From a virus: a stretch of DNA of 64,000 nt. A model generated the notes under the pieces. That model searched no databases. It had not been told where the DNA came from and saw only the letters and a list, made by a program, of their open reading frames with translations. Below are positions 17,612 through 27,543 of this stretch, piece after piece (the first letter of the stretch is position 1; each line of letters starts with the position of its first letter). A program made the position numbers and the translations under genes. The DNA lies in IMG/VR virus record IMGVR_UViG_3300019360_000147, positions 1 through 64,000 of that record, one strand, 5' to 3'.

Positions 17612-18315
17612 TCGAACGCCTGATACGCCTCTTCAGGCCCAAGAAGATTCTGCGACCGCACCTGCACCCTCCAGACTACATCGGGCGACATGCGGGCCTT
17701 CCCTTTCTTGTGCTTGGGAGTGGCCCATCCATTCAGACCCACCGTGGCATTATCGATGCGTTCGTCCAGGATCGGAATCCCGTCGTACTGACGGCGAACG
17801 TGCCGCATCCTGTCTGGGGCCCGGCCATGAACCGAACCCAATACGTCGGCTTCACGAATCGGCGACGGCTGGGGCAAGCCCGAATCTTTCCGTCGCTTCA
17901 GGACACGCCTTGCCTGATCGGCCCCCATATCCGCAGCCGCCATATCTGGATGCGTTCGTGGGAGCGGATGCCGTTCGTGGATGATTCCGACGCCCCGTTC
18001 GATATCGTGGACGGGGTTGTCCAGTGCAGTTGCCATGAGTGTGGGTGGTTGCTCGTGGCCGTGGCCTGGATTATGGGATCGAGCGAGATCTGGATGGCGG
18101 GCGTGGACGGGTACAGTCGCGAGAAGGCGAACCACTTCTACGAGCAAGAGGACTACAGCATCAATCGTTCGTTGGCCAGACAGGCACGGATACAGTCCGA
18201 GCTGCTGCCGCAGATGCGACGGTGCTTTGAGAGTGCCCAGGTTCGGGGTCCATTCTTCCTCACGCCAACGCTCTATGGCCCGGTGGAGGCAGACGATGCG
18301 CGAGTGCCAGGCTGA
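17608..18315 (+). CDS. DUF115/MptE/Maf-like protein
   Basis: LVLGSGPS; MGSSEIWMAGVDGY..HFY. Confidence 0.65.
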   Translation: MIERLIRLFRPKKILRPHLHPPDYIGRHAGLPFLVLGSGPSIQTHRGIIDAFVQDRNPVVLTANVPHPVWGPAMNRTQYVGFTNRRRLGQARIFPSLQDTPCLIGPHIRSRHIWMRSWERMPFVDDSDAPFDIVDGVVQCSCHECGWLLVAVAWIMGSSEIWMAGVDGYSREKANHFYEQEDYSINRSLARQARIQSELLPQMRRCFESAQVRGPFFLTPTLYGPVEADDARVPG

Positions 18316-19048
18316 CGCATGCGATTGGGAAAGGGCCAGGACCCTCGGCATTATCCCCGCCCGCTGGGGCAGTACCCGGTTCCCCGGCAAGGTCCTCGCC
18401 GACATCGGGGGAAAGCCAATGCTCTGGCACGTGTATCAGCGGTGCTTGGAAGCGAAATGCCTCCATGAGATCATGGTCGCGAGCGACGACGGGCGGGTCA
18501 TGGAGGCCTGCCGCGAACTGGAGATTCCCGCAGTCTTGACCTCACAGACTCATCGCGACTGCATTGATCGTGTGGCCGAGGTGGCGAGACGGGAGCCAGC
18601 GGCCTTGTATGTCTGTATCCAAGGCGATGAGCCGTGTATCTCCCCGGAAGCCATCCGGCGTGTGAAAGCAGTTGGTTTGACCGAATCGCTGCCCGTCTGC
18701 GGTTGTGCGGTCATCACCGATCCTGCCGATCTCGTGGACGTGACGGTCCCCAAGGTCGTCCTGGGATCGGGGGACAGGGCGATCTACCTCTCCCGCAGTC
18801 CGGTCCCCTATCTGCACTCTCGGTCAGTGCCCTACCGGAGTCAGGTGTGTGTGTACGCCTTTCATGCCGACGATCTCCTGTGGTTCGCCAACACCCCGGC
18901 GGGTCCGCTGGAGCAGGCCGAGCGTATCGGCCTCCTGCGATTCTTAGAGCACCACGTCCCGGTCAAGATGGTGGACGTGCCAGCCTCGCCGGTCGCGGTG
19001 GATACCATGGCGGATCTGGAACGGGCACGGGAGATTTTGAAGACGTGA
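18296..19048 (+). CDS. kdsB: 3-deoxy-manno-octulosonate cytidylyltransferase-like
   Basis: IIPARWGSTRFPGKVL; DRVAE; QGDEP; YLSRSPVP; LEQAE; AVDT..DL. Confidence 0.9.
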   Translation: MRECQADACDWERARTLGIIPARWGSTRFPGKVLADIGGKPMLWHVYQRCLEAKCLHEIMVASDDGRVMEACRELEIPAVLTSQTHRDCIDRVAEVARREPAALYVCIQGDEPCISPEAIRRVKAVGLTESLPVCGCAVITDPADLVDVTVPKVVLGSGDRAIYLSRSPVPYLHSRSVPYRSQVCVYAFHADDLLWFANTPAGPLEQAERIGLLRFLEHHVPVKMVDVPASPVAVDTMADLERAREILKT

Positions 19049-19785
19049 TCCCGTTGCGTCGATTGACCCGCGAAGCCGCTCGCTGCGTCCTCGCTGGCCC
19101 GTCTCTTGGCAGTATGGGGCGCCGGCTGGCGTTCGCTCCGCTCAGACTGTGGCTGACGAACCCAAGACTGGCCTTGCTGTTCGTGGCGGTTCGACCGTAC
19201 ACGATGCTGCCGTATGCCCGGCTGAGCAAGTTGGCAGAGCTCGCAGACGAGTGCAATCGCAACGGGATTCCTGGAGCGTTTGTCCAGTGCGGGGTGTGGA
19301 AGGGGGGCAGTGCAGCCGTGCTGGTGGCTCTGGCCAACGGCCGACCCGTCGAGTTATTCGACACGTTTGCTGGTTGTCCAGCGCCTGAGCCGAAAGATAT
19401 CTCCGTCCACGACCGGCCCGGTCACGCCGGTGAGGCTGCGGCTGGGATGGAGTTCATCCTCCGCGTATTGGACAGGCTGGGCCTGAACGATCCCACGGTG
19501 CGGGTTTATCCTGGCCTGATCGAAAGAACCGTCCCGTTGGCGAAGGAGGGCATCGACCGAGTCGCCCTGCTACACCTTGATTGCGACTGGTACTCCGCTA
19601 CACGAACTGCCATGGAGGAGTTGTATCCCCGACTGGAGCACGGGGGATACGTCTTTGCCGACGACGCGGGATATTGGCCATCATCCCTAGAGGGAATCGA
19701 ACAGTATTTCCTGATGCGGGCAAGTGATGTACCACCACTGACCTGGGTGGACCATACGGGAGCATATTGGCGAAAGACCGAGTAA
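19045..19785 (+). CDS. TylF/MycF/NovP-family sugar O-methyltransferase
   Basis: IPGAFVQCGVWKGGS; FDTFAG; LHLDCDWY; GGYVFADD. Confidence 0.9.
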   Translation: MIPLRRLTREAARCVLAGPSLGSMGRRLAFAPLRLWLTNPRLALLFVAVRPYTMLPYARLSKLAELADECNRNGIPGAFVQCGVWKGGSAAVLVALANGRPVELFDTFAGCPAPEPKDISVHDRPGHAGEAAAGMEFILRVLDRLGLNDPTVRVYPGLIERTVPLAKEGIDRVALLHLDCDWYSATRTAMEELYPRLEHGGYVFADDAGYWPSSLEGIEQYFLMRASDVPPLTWVDHTGAYWRKTE

Positions 19786-19803
19786 TCCGGTTCCGCCTGC
19801 GCT

Positions 19804-20358
19804 GTGCTGGGAACGGATCCCCGTACTATACCGTCAGGCGAAAAGAGGACGACCACGGGCCAGGGGATCCTCTCGGCGTGTACGACAGATTTGAGGCGGT
19901 TGCTGGCCTTCCGCCGCAAGGTCCGGGCTGCTGGCCTGCGGATCGTCGGACCGGACTGGACGCCCATCGAGGCCATACGCATTCCTCGCCCCGATGCGTG
20001 GTTCGCGGGCCAGAGCGAGTCCCCGTGGCGGACCGTGTTTGATACCCCGCATTACAAGTTGCTGACGGTGCAGCATGGGACGTGGTGGAACCTGCGTGAA
20101 ACAGATTACTGGGCGTGGCAGCGGTCGATTCGTGGACTGGATCACTCGCGGCCGGACGACTGGATAGCGGCGATGGCGGAGCGACTGAAACGCTTGCAAT
20201 CTTCGATCCATGGTGAGGGCTATCGGCTGCGGTCGGTGGCGGACCGGATCGCGGTCATGGAGGGTGGCACGCTGTGGGACGGCGGGCATCGGCTGGCGTG
20301 TTTGGCGGCTGAGGGATGGGTGCTGGTGCCGGTGGTGGTGGTGCGGTCGAATGACTAA
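19804..20358 (+). CDS. ParB/Srx-fold-like protein
   Basis: LQSSIHGEGY...LWDGGHRLACLAAEGWVLVPV; start uncertain. Confidence 0.6.
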   Translation: MLGTDPRTIPSGEKRTTTGQGILSACTTDLRRLLAFRRKVRAAGLRIVGPDWTPIEAIRIPRPDAWFAGQSESPWRTVFDTPHYKLLTVQHGTWWNLRETDYWAWQRSIRGLDHSRPDDWIAAMAERLKRLQSSIHGEGYRLRSVADRIAVMEGGTLWDGGHRLACLAAEGWVLVPVVVVRSND

Positions 20359-20364
20359 ACCGCA

Positions 20365-21828
20365 ATGAAAGTCCTTTTTGTGTTACCGCAGGTCGGTGCC
20401 GCCGTGCCAAGTTACCATGCCATCTCCATTCTTTCTGCCGTGGCAAAAGCGAACGGCCACGAGACCGCCTTGCTGGAGATGCCGGAGATGCGGCTGCAGG
20501 CTGTGGCCGAGGCGATTGCACAGCACGATCCCGCCGTGGTCGCGATTACGTCGGTGACACAACAGATCCCGTATAGCACGCACATCATCGCCCACGTCAA
20601 GCAAAAGTTCCCGCGCATCTACACGGTGTTAGGAGGGACCCATGCCATCGTCAGACCTCACGTCATTGACGACATTGCTGGACTGGATGCTCTGGCCACG
20701 AACGAATCAGAAGGTCCACTTGTTGATCTCTTATCGGCGCTCGACGCGGGGCGGACCCCGACTGACATTCCGAACTTTGCCTTTCGGGTAGGCGGACAAG
20801 TGCTTCGCCCTGTCCGGACGTACTCCTGCACGGAAGAGGAAATGACCTCGTTGCCGTTCGAGGATCGAGAGCTGTTCCCCCGGTGGAGAAACACGCCCAA
20901 AGGGCTGCCGCTGGAGTCGCTGGGCATCCGGCCAAGGTTCTGGATCAGCCGCGGGTGCATGTACCGTTGTGCCTTCTGCAGCCTCCCAACCCTTCGGGCC
21001 CAGTACCCCGTCAAGAACTTCGTCCGCTACCCCACGGCTGAGCGCGCGATCGCTGAGATCGAATCCGTAGCCGACCGCTGGACCTTCGGGACCTATCTCA
21101 TAGACGACGACGTCTTCCTGCACCGTCCGAAGTGGGTGGTCGAGGAGTGGGCAGCGAAATACCCGGACAGGCTGAAGCATCTCCGGTACGAGGTCCAGGT
21201 GCGGGTGGAGGCCGCGACCGAGGACGGCATCCGGGCCTTGAAGGACACCGGATGCAGCCTTGCCAAGTTCGGGCTGGAGAGCGGGGACTTCGCCTACCGG
21301 AAGCATGTCTATGATCGGAACGTGACGGACGAGCGGATCCTGGACGTGTTCGAGATGTGCCGGAAGCACGGGCTGAAGGCGCACACGTTCAATATCCTCG
21401 CCGGCCCCGATGAGACCCGGCGCCAGGTGTGGAGGACGGTGCGGATGAACCAGCGCCTCAAGCCGGATCGCTGCCAGATTTCGATTTTTGCCCCCTACCC
21501 AGGCACACCGCTTGGGGACAAGATGGCGCGGGAGGGGCGGGTGCTGAAGCACGTCAATAACTACTTCGAGGAATCGCCATTGGATTTGCGGACGATGAAA
21601 CCGTGGGAGGTCAAGCTGTACTTTCGCTTCTTCCGGCTGGCTGTCTATCTCGCCTACTCCCCCCGCCGAGCCTGGTCCGAGCTCGTCGGCCTTGTGAAGT
21701 GGCTGCGGGACAAGATCAGACGGCGGCGGACGCGGTACGACCTGGAGGCGGAAAGCACGCGGGTCGGGGGAGGTGCGGTGATCCTGCAAGGGGACGCACC
21801 GGTGCTCAACCAGCCGTGGACTCCATGA
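20365..21828 (+). CDS. B12-binding radical SAM protein
   Basis: SRGCMYRCAFC (CxxxCxxC); N-terminal GGTHA; GLESG; PYPGT. Confidence 0.93.
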   Translation: MKVLFVLPQVGAAVPSYHAISILSAVAKANGHETALLEMPEMRLQAVAEAIAQHDPAVVAITSVTQQIPYSTHIIAHVKQKFPRIYTVLGGTHAIVRPHVIDDIAGLDALATNESEGPLVDLLSALDAGRTPTDIPNFAFRVGGQVLRPVRTYSCTEEEMTSLPFEDRELFPRWRNTPKGLPLESLGIRPRFWISRGCMYRCAFCSLPTLRAQYPVKNFVRYPTAERAIAEIESVADRWTFGTYLIDDDVFLHRPKWVVEEWAAKYPDRLKHLRYEVQVRVEAATEDGIRALKDTGCSLAKFGLESGDFAYRKHVYDRNVTDERILDVFEMCRKHGLKAHTFNILAGPDETRRQVWRTVRMNQRLKPDRCQISIFAPYPGTPLGDKMAREGRVLKHVNNYFEESPLDLRTMKPWEVKLYFRFFRLAVYLAYSPRRAWSELVGLVKWLRDKIRRRRTRYDLEAESTRVGGGAVILQGDAPVLNQPWTP

Positions 21829-22418
21829 ATCCCCATCTCCACTACTCCCGCGATACCAGCCAGGAGGGCCAGTTCGACCCGGCCATGCCCTGGTTTGGCC
21901 GCGTGGCTCCGCTTCTGACTTCGCTCCCTCCATGCACCGTGGCCCTGGATGTGGGTTGCAACAGCGGGGGGTTGGGAGAACGTCTGACCGCTCACGGCTG
22001 CTCGGTGGTTGGGGTAGACCTTGCCATGCAATTCCTCCCCCGTGCCGTCAAGAAAGGCTACGTGGGTGCAATCCAGGCCGATGCCCAGGCGCTTCCCTTT
22101 CGAGACGGCAGCTTCCCCGTGGTCATCCTGTCGGAGATCCTGGAGCATGTCCCGGATGCCGAGCGGTGCGTGGCGGAAGCGGCCCGGGTCCTGATGCCGC
22201 ACGGGTGGCTACTCGGGGACGTCCCGACGTGGTTCGGGCGGTGGGGGCTGCGGAGCTTGCGTGGGCACAAGTGGCACGTACGAACCCTCTCCGAACGCAG
22301 ATTGCGGGCATTGTTAGGGGCGCATCTTGAGGTGGCCCACGTGTCGTACAGGCGGGCGTCATTGACTGCGGGGTACCTCCTGCCCCAGTGGGTGCACTTC
22401 AAGGCCACGAAGCGATGA
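21825..22418 (+). CDS. class I SAM-dependent methyltransferase
   Basis: LDVGCNSG; ADAQALPF; EILEHV. Confidence 0.9.
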   Translation: MNPHLHYSRDTSQEGQFDPAMPWFGRVAPLLTSLPPCTVALDVGCNSGGLGERLTAHGCSVVGVDLAMQFLPRAVKKGYVGAIQADAQALPFRDGSFPVVILSEILEHVPDAERCVAEAARVLMPHGWLLGDVPTWFGRWGLRSLRGHKWHVRTLSERRLRALLGAHLEVAHVSYRRASLTAGYLLPQWVHFKATKR

Positions 22419-23038
22419 CGACCGTGGGTCGTGCTGCCAAACGCTGGACCGGCAAAGAGCTGGCCCGGGGAGTCGATCGCTACCGCCGATACCTCGCCCT
22501 GTTCGGACTGACCGAGGACAGTTTCAAATACCAGACCGTTTGCCACGTGGGGTGCGGCCCCCTTGGTGGCGTCCTCTCCGTCCTCCGCGGTGTGCACTCC
22601 GCCTACCGGGTTGACCGCGATGTGGATATCTACCGCGGGATGGGGTGCTGCCCCGACTGCGGGATCGTTCGAGACCTGCACCACTTCCGCATCCTCACAC
22701 GGGAGGCGCCGCTCCTTCCGATCCATCGGCGGACCGGCCGCTCGCCCGTTCCGTCGGAGAGTTGTGATGCCGTGTTCTGTCTTGGGGACATCAACGATAC
22801 GCCGTGGCTCGTCACCCTCGAACATGAGTTGCGGCGGATCTGCAAGGCGGGCGGGCGGCTGTATTTGTGGTGGCGGGTCGCGGACGGCAATGCTCCGGGC
22901 GTCCGGTCGGAGCGCGTTCGGCGGATCTTTAAAGACAGCCGGTGGATGTGGGGCACGGTCAGTCAGGGAGCCGATCTGCCGAACCTGTTCCCGGCCGTGA
23001 AAGCGATGTGGACGGTGTTGACGCGGGTCAGGGAGTAA
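22415..23038 (+). CDS. methyltransferase-like protein
   Basis: HVGCGPLG; CDAVFC; RICKAGG. Confidence 0.7.
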   Translation: MTTVGRAAKRWTGKELARGVDRYRRYLALFGLTEDSFKYQTVCHVGCGPLGGVLSVLRGVHSAYRVDRDVDIYRGMGCCPDCGIVRDLHHFRILTREAPLLPIHRRTGRSPVPSESCDAVFCLGDINDTPWLVTLEHELRRICKAGGRLYLWWRVADGNAPGVRSERVRRIFKDSRWMWGTVSQGADLPNLFPAVKAMWTVLTRVRE

Positions 23039-24246
23039 ACACGGTAGGAGGGTTGTGAGCAGTTGATGGAAAAGTTGAAAGCCTACAAGACCGAGCTTGA
23101 CCCCAACAACGTCCAGCGAACCTTGCTGGCAAAACATGCTGGCGCTGCGCGGTTCGCCTGGAACTGGGCGCTCGGTCGCCGTATCGAGGAATACAAACCC
23201 ACAGGCAAGTCAAGTAATGTCATCGAGCAGCATCGGCAGTTGAACGCGCTGAAATCGACCGAGTTCCCCTGGATGTACGAGGTCAGCAAGTGTGCCCCGC
23301 AAGAAGCACTGCGAGACTTGGACAAGGCGTTCAGGAACTTCTTTGCGAAGCGAGCCAAGTATCCAAGGTTCAAGAGCAAGAAGCGTGGCCTGGGCGGGTT
23401 TCGCCTGACAGGCAGCATCACCATCGAAGCAGATAGGATCAAGTTGCCTCGCCTTGGCTGGTTGCGCCTGAAGGAATCGGGATACCTGCCGACAGACGCC
23501 AAAATCAACAGCGTCACTGTCAAAGAACGGGCGGGGCGCTGGTTTGTTAGCGTCCAGGTTGAGGAGCGGTTTGCCGTCACCGAAAACCAAGGTCCGGCAA
23601 TCGGCCTTGATCTGGGCCTGAAGTCGTTCGTGGTTGGTTCTGATGGATCGTCTCTTGAATCGCCGAAGCCTCTCCTGCGATCGCTCAGGCGATTGCAGAG
23701 GTTAGCCAGGCAACACTCTCGAAAACAGAAAGGATCAATGAATCGTCGCAAGTCGGCGAAGCGACTTGCCACACTGCACTACCGGATCAGCTGCCAACGC
23801 GCTGACTTCATCCATAAGGCCACAAGTGAACTGGCAAAAACCAAGTCAGTTATCGTGGTTGAGGATTTGAATGTCGGCGGGATGCTCAAGAATCGCTGCC
23901 TTGCTAGGCCCATCGGCGATGCTGGATGGTCTGAGTTCGTCAGGCAGCTTGAGTACAAGTCGGCGTGGAATGGCGGTAGCGTGGTCAAAGCTGGCAGGTT
24001 CTACCCGTCCACGAAAACATGTTCGGCTTGTGGCATGATCAAGGACGAAATGCCATTGTCCGTGAGGACATATTGTTGCGGCGGTTGCGGGCTAGTCATC
24101 GACCGGGACGTGAACGCCGCAAGGAACCTTGTGAGACTGAGTACCGTCAGTTCGACGGGATTTCAAGCCTGTGGAGATTCGCCGTTGGGCGGGTCCGCGA
24201 AGCAGGAACCGAGCGTCATGAACAATGAGTAAGTTTCGGAGAACGG
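23034..24246 (+). mobile_element. non-autonomous IS607-type TnpB element
   Basis: tnpB only. The right end AAGTTTCGGAGAACGG ends in GG and the left flank ends in AGGG. Removing the segment restores an ATGA gene overlap. Confidence 0.65.
23066..24232 (+). CDS. tnpB: RNA-guided endonuclease TnpB
   Basis: N-terminal HTH (ARFAWNWAL); RuvC GLDLG, VVEDL and DRDVNAARN; CSAC/CGGC Zn finger. Confidence 0.96.
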   Translation: MEKLKAYKTELDPNNVQRTLLAKHAGAARFAWNWALGRRIEEYKPTGKSSNVIEQHRQLNALKSTEFPWMYEVSKCAPQEALRDLDKAFRNFFAKRAKYPRFKSKKRGLGGFRLTGSITIEADRIKLPRLGWLRLKESGYLPTDAKINSVTVKERAGRWFVSVQVEERFAVTENQGPAIGLDLGLKSFVVGSDGSSLESPKPLLRSLRRLQRLARQHSRKQKGSMNRRKSAKRLATLHYRISCQRADFIHKATSELAKTKSVIVVEDLNVGGMLKNRCLARPIGDAGWSEFVRQLEYKSAWNGGSVVKAGRFYPSTKTCSACGMIKDEMPLSVRTYCCGGCGLVIDRDVNAARNLVRLSTVSSTGFQACGDSPLGGSAKQEPSVMNNE

Positions 24247-24253
24247 CGAGTCC

Positions 24254-24745
24254 ATGATCTACGTCGGCGTCGAGAACAGCCCGGTCAAGGTCCGTATTGC
24301 GACTCGGGCACCAGCCAGGACCCTCTCCGTGGATCCCGCCGATCTCGCCTGGGACTGTCAGCGGCATATCGAGTTCCTGCTGGATGCGGAGAGGCACCTG
24401 AAGGACGGGTGGAAGGAAGCGTGGATGATCCGGACTGCCTACGCGGGCTGGATGCTGCAAGCGGGGAGGACGCACGGGGCGGTGCTGGCCCGGTGTCGGC
24501 GATTCTTGGAGCGGGTGGCGGAGATCCGGTTGCATGGTTTGGATGGACCCTGGGCGGTGGTGACGGTGGACGGAATACGGCTGGACGGGTCGCATCGGGC
24601 GGCGATTGCGGTGGTGCTTGGAGAGGACGCGGTGCCTGTGGCCGAGGTGCCGTACCTGGATGACGACGCGCGGTGGCGTCGGGAAGCGGTGGCGTATCGG
24701 GCCAAGAGGATTCGGGACGGGAGTGCGGCGGGAGCGAACCCGTGA
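24254..24745 (+). CDS. ParB/Srx-fold-like protein
   Basis: RLDGSHRAAIAVVLGEDAVPV. Confidence 0.6.
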   Translation: MIYVGVENSPVKVRIATRAPARTLSVDPADLAWDCQRHIEFLLDAERHLKDGWKEAWMIRTAYAGWMLQAGRTHGAVLARCRRFLERVAEIRLHGLDGPWAVVTVDGIRLDGSHRAAIAVVLGEDAVPVAEVPYLDDDARWRREAVAYRAKRIRDGSAAGANP

Positions 24746-24987
24746 CATCGGGCGTTGAGCACCTCCCGATGACGCTGAAGGAATTGGCCACGAAATTGGG
24801 GTGGTCGCAGCGGAGGGTGCAGTATTGGCGGGGATTGGGCCTGCCGTTCCATCGGATCGGCGAGCGGAGCATTATCTACTTTCTGGATGAGGTGACGACA
24901 TGGTTACGGACGATGCCGGGAGCCGTCCGATGCGATCCCCCCGGCCGACGGGGAAGCACCTCCCGGAGAAGCGGAAAGGGTTCATGA
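24742..24987 (+). CDS. winged-helix excisionase/Nu1-like DNA-binding protein
   Basis: MTLKELATKLGWSQRRVQYWRGLGLP...YFLDEVTTWL. Confidence 0.75.
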   Translation: MTSGVEHLPMTLKELATKLGWSQRRVQYWRGLGLPFHRIGERSIIYFLDEVTTWLRTMPGAVRCDPPGRRGSTSRRSGKGS

Positions 24988-25241
24988 TCTACCTGCCGCC
25001 CAGCCTCCATGCCAAACTGAAACTGGAGGCAATCAAGCGGGCAGTCTCCATGTCGGAGGTGGCCTCGACGGCCGTGGCACAGCTCCTCGCCGACGATACG
25101 GCGGCAGGGGTGACGGTCATCGCCTCGACGCCGGAACCGTTCGTTGGGAGATTTGGCGGGGAGCACCACACGCCAAAAGCGGCGGACCCGGTGCCGGAAT
25201 CCCAGCCGGCAGCTGGGCCCGTGACCTACGAAGTCGAGTAG
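24930..25241 (+). CDS. ribbon-helix-helix DNA-binding protein
   Basis: FMIYLPPSLHAKLKLEAIKRAVSMSEV. Confidence 0.75.
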   Translation: MRSPRPTGKHLPEKRKGFMIYLPPSLHAKLKLEAIKRAVSMSEVASTAVAQLLADDTAAGVTVIASTPEPFVGRFGGEHHTPKAADPVPESQPAAGPVTYEVE

Positions 25242-26540
25242 GTTAGTACCCTCGGTGAATCTCGATGAGGATGCCGATGACGAGGATGGACAGGACAGTA
25301 GCGTAGATTTTTGGTCATTTTTGAGGGGCGAGTTACGGTCAAAAAGGGAAAAAGGCCCTCCCGGGAGGGCAGGAGGGCGGCTGGAGAGGGCCGGGGATCA
25401 GGCTGAGCCGGCTCGGGCGTCGGGGGCGAGGAGAAGAAGATCCGACAGAAGGTTGCGAAGCCGCTCGGTCACTGCGGGAGAAAAACATTCTGCTTTCGTG
25501 GTGGTGGAGTCCCGGAAGAGAAAGGCGTACCCGCCTTGGGGGAGAGAGGCTGCGCATCGGAGGGAAGGGATGGAGTCCCAAGAATTCCAGCCGGGGCGGC
25601 CGAGGGGCCTACCCCCCAGGGGGGTGGTCTTTCAGATTCCGACCAGTCGGCCGCGGCTCGGCCGGGCGATCGCCGCCCACATCATCCTGGGCCTGACTGG
25701 CGACCAGGACGGCGACCAGACTTAACGACCCCTCGTAACCTACTATCAACACACGGTCTCCATTACCGTGAATTCGACTGCCTGTCGAATACCACAGATT
25801 GTGCCTCGCGCTGTACATTTTTCAAATCAGAAGGCCAGACTCACAATCCATCTGAGTTTCTGATTCGCCGGAGCTGCCGGCGGATTGAACCCGCACCAGT
25901 CGCACGACAGCACGATTCGACCCACCCCGCTCAACGCCGGTTCCGACGCTATCACCTGAGGCGTGCCGACCCCGTTCAACGCAGCCGCGCATGGCCGCAC
26001 ACTGGCACACACAACTACACCCGCTTCAACCTCTTTCAACGTGGACACCCTGGGGCTTACTTCCACCGGATACTCTTACTCTCTCAGACGTACTTCGAGT
26101 CACTACAATCAAATCGGGTACTGTGTGCTGTATCGAGTACTTGGGACTTCAATCCGTCTCCGAGTACTCTATCCGATAGGTCGTACACTATACGTCCTAC
26201 TACAGAGTACTTCGGACTCGGACGCTAACGCGCGCGCGAGGCTTGCCATTGGCAATGTCTGCGATCCGCGAGGGGGCGACGTATTGGTATACTTTACCGT
26301 ACAAGATTGCACAAATAACTGTGCAAAAGTATTGTCATGTATCCAAAAATATTGTGCACTGTGTTTTCGCTGGCTTGGCGGATCTCCTACAGACAAAGTG
26401 CATGATTTACAGGGCAAGAGACATGGAGCAAAATACTACACGATAGTAATATCAGCCCTTTACGCCCTCAGCACCAATATTGCGCCGACAACGGTGCACT
26501 AATGAACGCCGTAGAAACAGATGACTAAAGAGGGGAAACC

Positions 26541-26867
26541 ATGAAAACCTATTGGAGCAGCTCGGTAGCAGTAAATGGGCAGGTAAAGTGCCCAACCAGG
26601 GATGTGGATCTACCAAGGGCGCTTGGTAAGTCCATCAAAAGTGCCATTTACTATCTGGCCATCTATCCCAATGCAAGCATTACCATTGAAGAGACGAGAG
26701 AGCAGTGCTCGCTGTGCTGGAATGCTGGCACGGTGAAGGCCGGCAAGAACGGCCTCCGCGGAGGCCGTTGCCCAGAATGCAAGGGCAAGGGCGCAACTGG
26801 GAGGGTTGGGTCCATCCCGGTCTGCCTATCAGACGATTCAAAGTTACAGATCATCCAGACGGCATAA
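26541..26867 (+). CDS. hypothetical protein with DnaJ-like Zn finger
   Basis: CSLCWNAG...CPECKGKG; SD GAGGGG upstream. Confidence 0.65.
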   Translation: MKTYWSSSVAVNGQVKCPTRDVDLPRALGKSIKSAIYYLAIYPNASITIEETREQCSLCWNAGTVKAGKNGLRGGRCPECKGKGATGRVGSIPVCLSDDSKLQIIQTA

Positions 26868-26958
26868 CGTCCTAAACCCCAGTCTGTGTCCGGCGGCAGG
26901 ACAATAGAGAAGCGGCATATTGGGATGTGCCACGGACAGCAGAAGGAAGGGGGGAGCC

Positions 26959-27543
26959 ATGTACCGATTAAATACCTCCGAAAAACGATTAGCCGCTCGA
27001 TGGGTGCCGGAGGGCTATACGGTCAGCCTCGAATATCCGAGCGTGAATGCCGTCATTCATGCTGGCCAGACGCCCCGAGGGATCCTCGCGCTTGCCTATC
27101 GCGGGACCGCAAGTCGGCCTTCTTGGCACCTGTCGTTCCGGAGCCCTCAAGCATTCACGGATTACGCAGCCCAGTGGCTATCCAACCTTGAGGCGTGGCA
27201 CGCCCGCAAGGTGGCAGACCGAGCAGAGCGCAAGGTAGGCCACACTCTCAAGGTGGGAAATGTCCTAGTGAGTACCTGGGGATATGACCAGACCAATGTT
27301 GATTTTTACGAAGTCATCGCCGTGCGCGGCAAAGTCGTTGATCTGCAAGAGATCGGGCAACACGCTACTGCCCAACGTGGACCGGCTGGCGATCTTGTGA
27401 TCCCGATACGCGGAGGTCGAGGGAAAATCCTGAAAGGCAAAAGGCCCACGCCAGACAACTACATCCGGATTAACAGTTACTCACACGCCCATCCGTGGAA
27501 TGGGAAGCAGATGTATCAGACAGACCCAATGTTCGGACACTGA
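26959..27543 (+). CDS. conserved phage/plasmid hypothetical protein
   Basis: LKVGNVLVSTWGYDQTNVDFYEV motif; strong SD. Confidence 0.7.
   Translation: MYRLNTSEKRLAARWVPEGYTVSLEYPSVNAVIHAGQTPRGILALAYRGTASRPSWHLSFRSPQAFTDYAAQWLSNLEAWHARKVADRAERKVGHTLKVGNVLVSTWGYDQTNVDFYEVIAVRGKVVDLQEIGQHATAQRGPAGDLVIPIRGGRGKILKGKRPTPDNYIRINSYSHAHPWNGKQMYQTDPMFGH

Noticed and set aside
25590-25645. cos-like G/C-run motif
   Set aside because: Only a loose resemblance, far from the terminase genes, and the P22-like portal does not suggest cos packaging.
26300-26490. NtrC-type enhancer and sigma54 promoter
   Set aside because: TGCAC-GTGCA spacing is 8 rather than 7, and the candidate -24 box (CAGCAC) lacks the invariant GG.
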